This document shows, piece after piece, positions 61,535-64,000 of a stretch of 64,000 bases of DNA. Source of the DNA: an uncultured Chloroflexia bacterium (GTDB lineage Bacteria; Chloroflexota; Limnocylindria; Limnocylindrales; CSP1-4). Positions within the stretch are counted from its first letter, which is position 1; every line of letters begins with the position of its first letter. The notes under the pieces were generated by a model. The model worked only from the letters and a program-made list of their open reading frames with translations, was not told the origin of the DNA and made no database searches. The position numbers and the translations under genes are program-made. The stretch lies in assembly GCA_963720755.1 (NCBI GenBank), contig CAVRGP010000011.1, forward strand, positions 320,001 to 384,000, in the 5' to 3' direction.

Positions 61535-64000
61535 ATGACCATAGCGGGACCGGTGCGTCGGTCGACCTCGGCCGTCACGAAGGCCATCCTAGCGACGCTG
61601 ATCGTCGCCCTCCTGGCGCTGAGCTGCCAGGCGCCACCACCACCGAGTCCGCCCGCAGGTCCGTCCCCATCACCTGCCGTCGCGCTCCCACCGACGAGCC
61701 CGCTCATCGTCAACCTCGATCGGATCGGAGGCGGCACGACCGCGCATCTCGGTTATCCCGTCCCGCTCACGGTCGCGGCACTCGGCATGCGCGGGATCAG
61801 CGCGTTCGAGCTGTGGGCGGGGGGGATCGGGTGGAGTTCACGTCACCTCGCGACCCGAGCCGCCCAGCCGCCACGGCGCGATGGGACTGGATTCCCGCGA
61901 CGACGGGCGATGTCGTTCTCGTGGCCCGCGCGTTCGACTCGACGGGTCACGCCAGTCAGTCGTCCCCGATCAGGATCCACGTCGTCACGGCGCCGCCGGT
62001 GACCTACCGGCTGATCGAGGTCGCCGCGGACGGAGGTGAGAGCCTCGCCTCGATCGTTGCCGCGAATGGCGGTGATCCAAGCGTCGCTTCTTACTGGAAC
62101 GGCGCCCTGCCCGATGATTCGCTCCCCGCGGGGACGACCGTCGCCGTGCCCGTCCGGGACCCGACGCCTCCGCCACCGTCCGCATCGCTCCCGGCGGGCA
62201 CGCCCGGCCTCGCGGACGCAGTGCTCGCCGCAGATCTGGCGCATCCGGTGCCGGCGGGACTCGAGACGCCCTCGCTGGAGCTCACGGTGAAGGGCTGCAC
62301 GATCACCGGCAAGACAACCGGCGGCACGAACGCCACGACCGGCTTTTCCTACTCGGTCTTGCCACCTGCCTCCAATTCCTTCCTGCATCTACCCTCGACT
62401 GGCGGCTCCGGCGGCGGCGCCACGACGACCTTCTATGCGCTCGGCGGAAGGAACTATGTCACCGTGTCCGAGTTCTCACGGGACGCTGGGACGCCCTCGG
62501 CGATCGTGCCCGTCGATGTGCCACGCGAGTGCGGAGCCGGGCGCTGGAGCGGCACGGCGCGCCTCGACGGCGGCCAGCTCGTGACAGACCAGGCCGTTGA
62601 TCGCGCCTACCTGTACCTCAGAGCCGGGGCCGGCGATTGGCAGCGAGTGCCGACGAGCGCAGACTCGTTCGTCGAGGCGACCGACGGTGTCCTGGACTTC
62701 AGGCCGGTCCTCCCCGCGGTCATGAACGCCGATCTCGCCCTCGAAGCGTGGGGATGGCGAGGTGGCACGCTCGTCAACCTGGGGAGCGGGACCTACGTCC
62801 CCCCGGCGGGATCGCTGTACCTTGGCGCCGCCGGCGATGCGGCAAAGCTCGCGGCCGGGCTGGGTACGAGCCTTGACATCCAGATCCACGCAGGGACGCC
62901 GGAATTCCACGAGGTGCTGTCGCGGGATTCGACGATCGATCGTCCTGGCCCGAACTCCACCAGCGCGAGCCGAACGTTCAAGTGGTCGACGACGGACGGG
63001 GGCGTGACGGGTCTCCAGTGGCAGCTCCTGCCGTACCCGGTCACCAATTCGACCGTAACGACCCCACCATTCCTCCTCGACACGGGAACGATCGACGTCC
63101 ACGGCCTCTCGACCGGCACGTTCTCGATCGATCTCAAGCCGTATCTCGGCGGGAAGACAGCCGGGGTCACCTCGGCCAGCGCCTGGGGCCAGAACCAGCT
63201 CATCACCAAGCTCACCCAGATCGCAGCCAGCGAGGCTGCTGGTGGGCCTGCGGCAGCCAGCCAGGTCGTGCTGAACCAGAATGGGATCTGGCGACCCAGT
63301 CCGACGCCAAGCGCCGGATCCGGCGCCATCGGCGGCGGCACCTCCGGCCTGACCATCGGTTCGGCGGACAGCCTCTCGCAACTCCCGCTCACGATCAACG
63401 CCCTGTACCTCCGAGTCATCCCATACGCCGGCACGACCCCGGCCGGCGACGCGTCGAACCTTGTCTCGCTGAAAGTCGTCGAACCGGACGATCCGCTCTA
63501 CTTCGATACGTCCCCGCCGCCACCGGCGCCCATGTACAACGATGCGTACACCCAGCACGCGATCTTCTATGCGCCGACCGGCTCCAACCCCCATGCCTTC
63601 CATTGCGTCCGGGTGGTGAAGGGTGGATTCAGCGTGCCGATCTGGGGTGACTGGACCGACGGGACGACCCACTGCAGGCCTGAGGACGACGGTGGCTGGT
63701 CGCTCTCGGACGCCTTCGAGGCGTTTGTCGACTGGGTCGGCGGCATCTGGGACTGGGTGAGCGACGCCTACGGCTGGGTCGAGGACCAGGTCGTGAACGT
63801 CGTCCTCGCCCTCGTCCCCTGCCAGCAGATCGCCGACCAGGTGTCCGACAGCGGCAAGGAGATCTGCAAGACGATCGCCAAGACCGGACTGCAGGCGGTC
63901 ATGGTGTCGTTCGGGATCCCGCCGGAGATCCCGAACTGGGAGTCCACGATCTCGGCGGCGAAAGGCGACCTCAAGGACTTCGTCCTCGAGAACGCGGACC
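61535..64000 (+). pseudogene. large lipoprotein (Ig-like + LysM-like + unknown domains), frameshifted at G7 tract 61819-61825, runs off window
   Basis: lipobox ALSC; frame 1 is open from 61825 to the end: WDWIP..LVARAFD, GESLASIV..N..LPAGTTVAVP. Confidence 0.7.

Overview
A very GC-rich bacterial chromosomal segment made up mostly of housekeeping and cell-envelope genes. The gene content (class II RNR, DesA, PAC2, DUF2089/DUF4097 operon, CxxC-x17-CxxC zinc ribbon, many secreted proteins) suggests a monoderm such as Chloroflexota; this is inference only. It holds about 63 CDS, tRNA-His(GUG), a c-di-GMP-I riboswitch and tandem NrdR boxes. I found no transposase, integrase, CRISPR array or rRNA. 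Main observations: (1) GreA fused to an N-terminal GIY-YIG-like nuclease domain; (2) a c-di-GMP-I riboswitch in front of an unannotated 35-aa membrane peptide, plus a catalytically dead GGDEF protein with an intact I-site; (3) a 900-bp intergenic region upstream of nrdJ with NrdR boxes, a helically phased DnaA-box-like array, a 25-bp tandem array and a ~185-nt rod-shaped 6S-like RNA; (4) two structured leaders that sequester Shine-Dalgarno (SD) sequences; (5) apparently widespread leaderless genes; (6) two frameshifted genes, one broken at a G7 tract. All family calls come from reading motifs by eye; no database searches were run.
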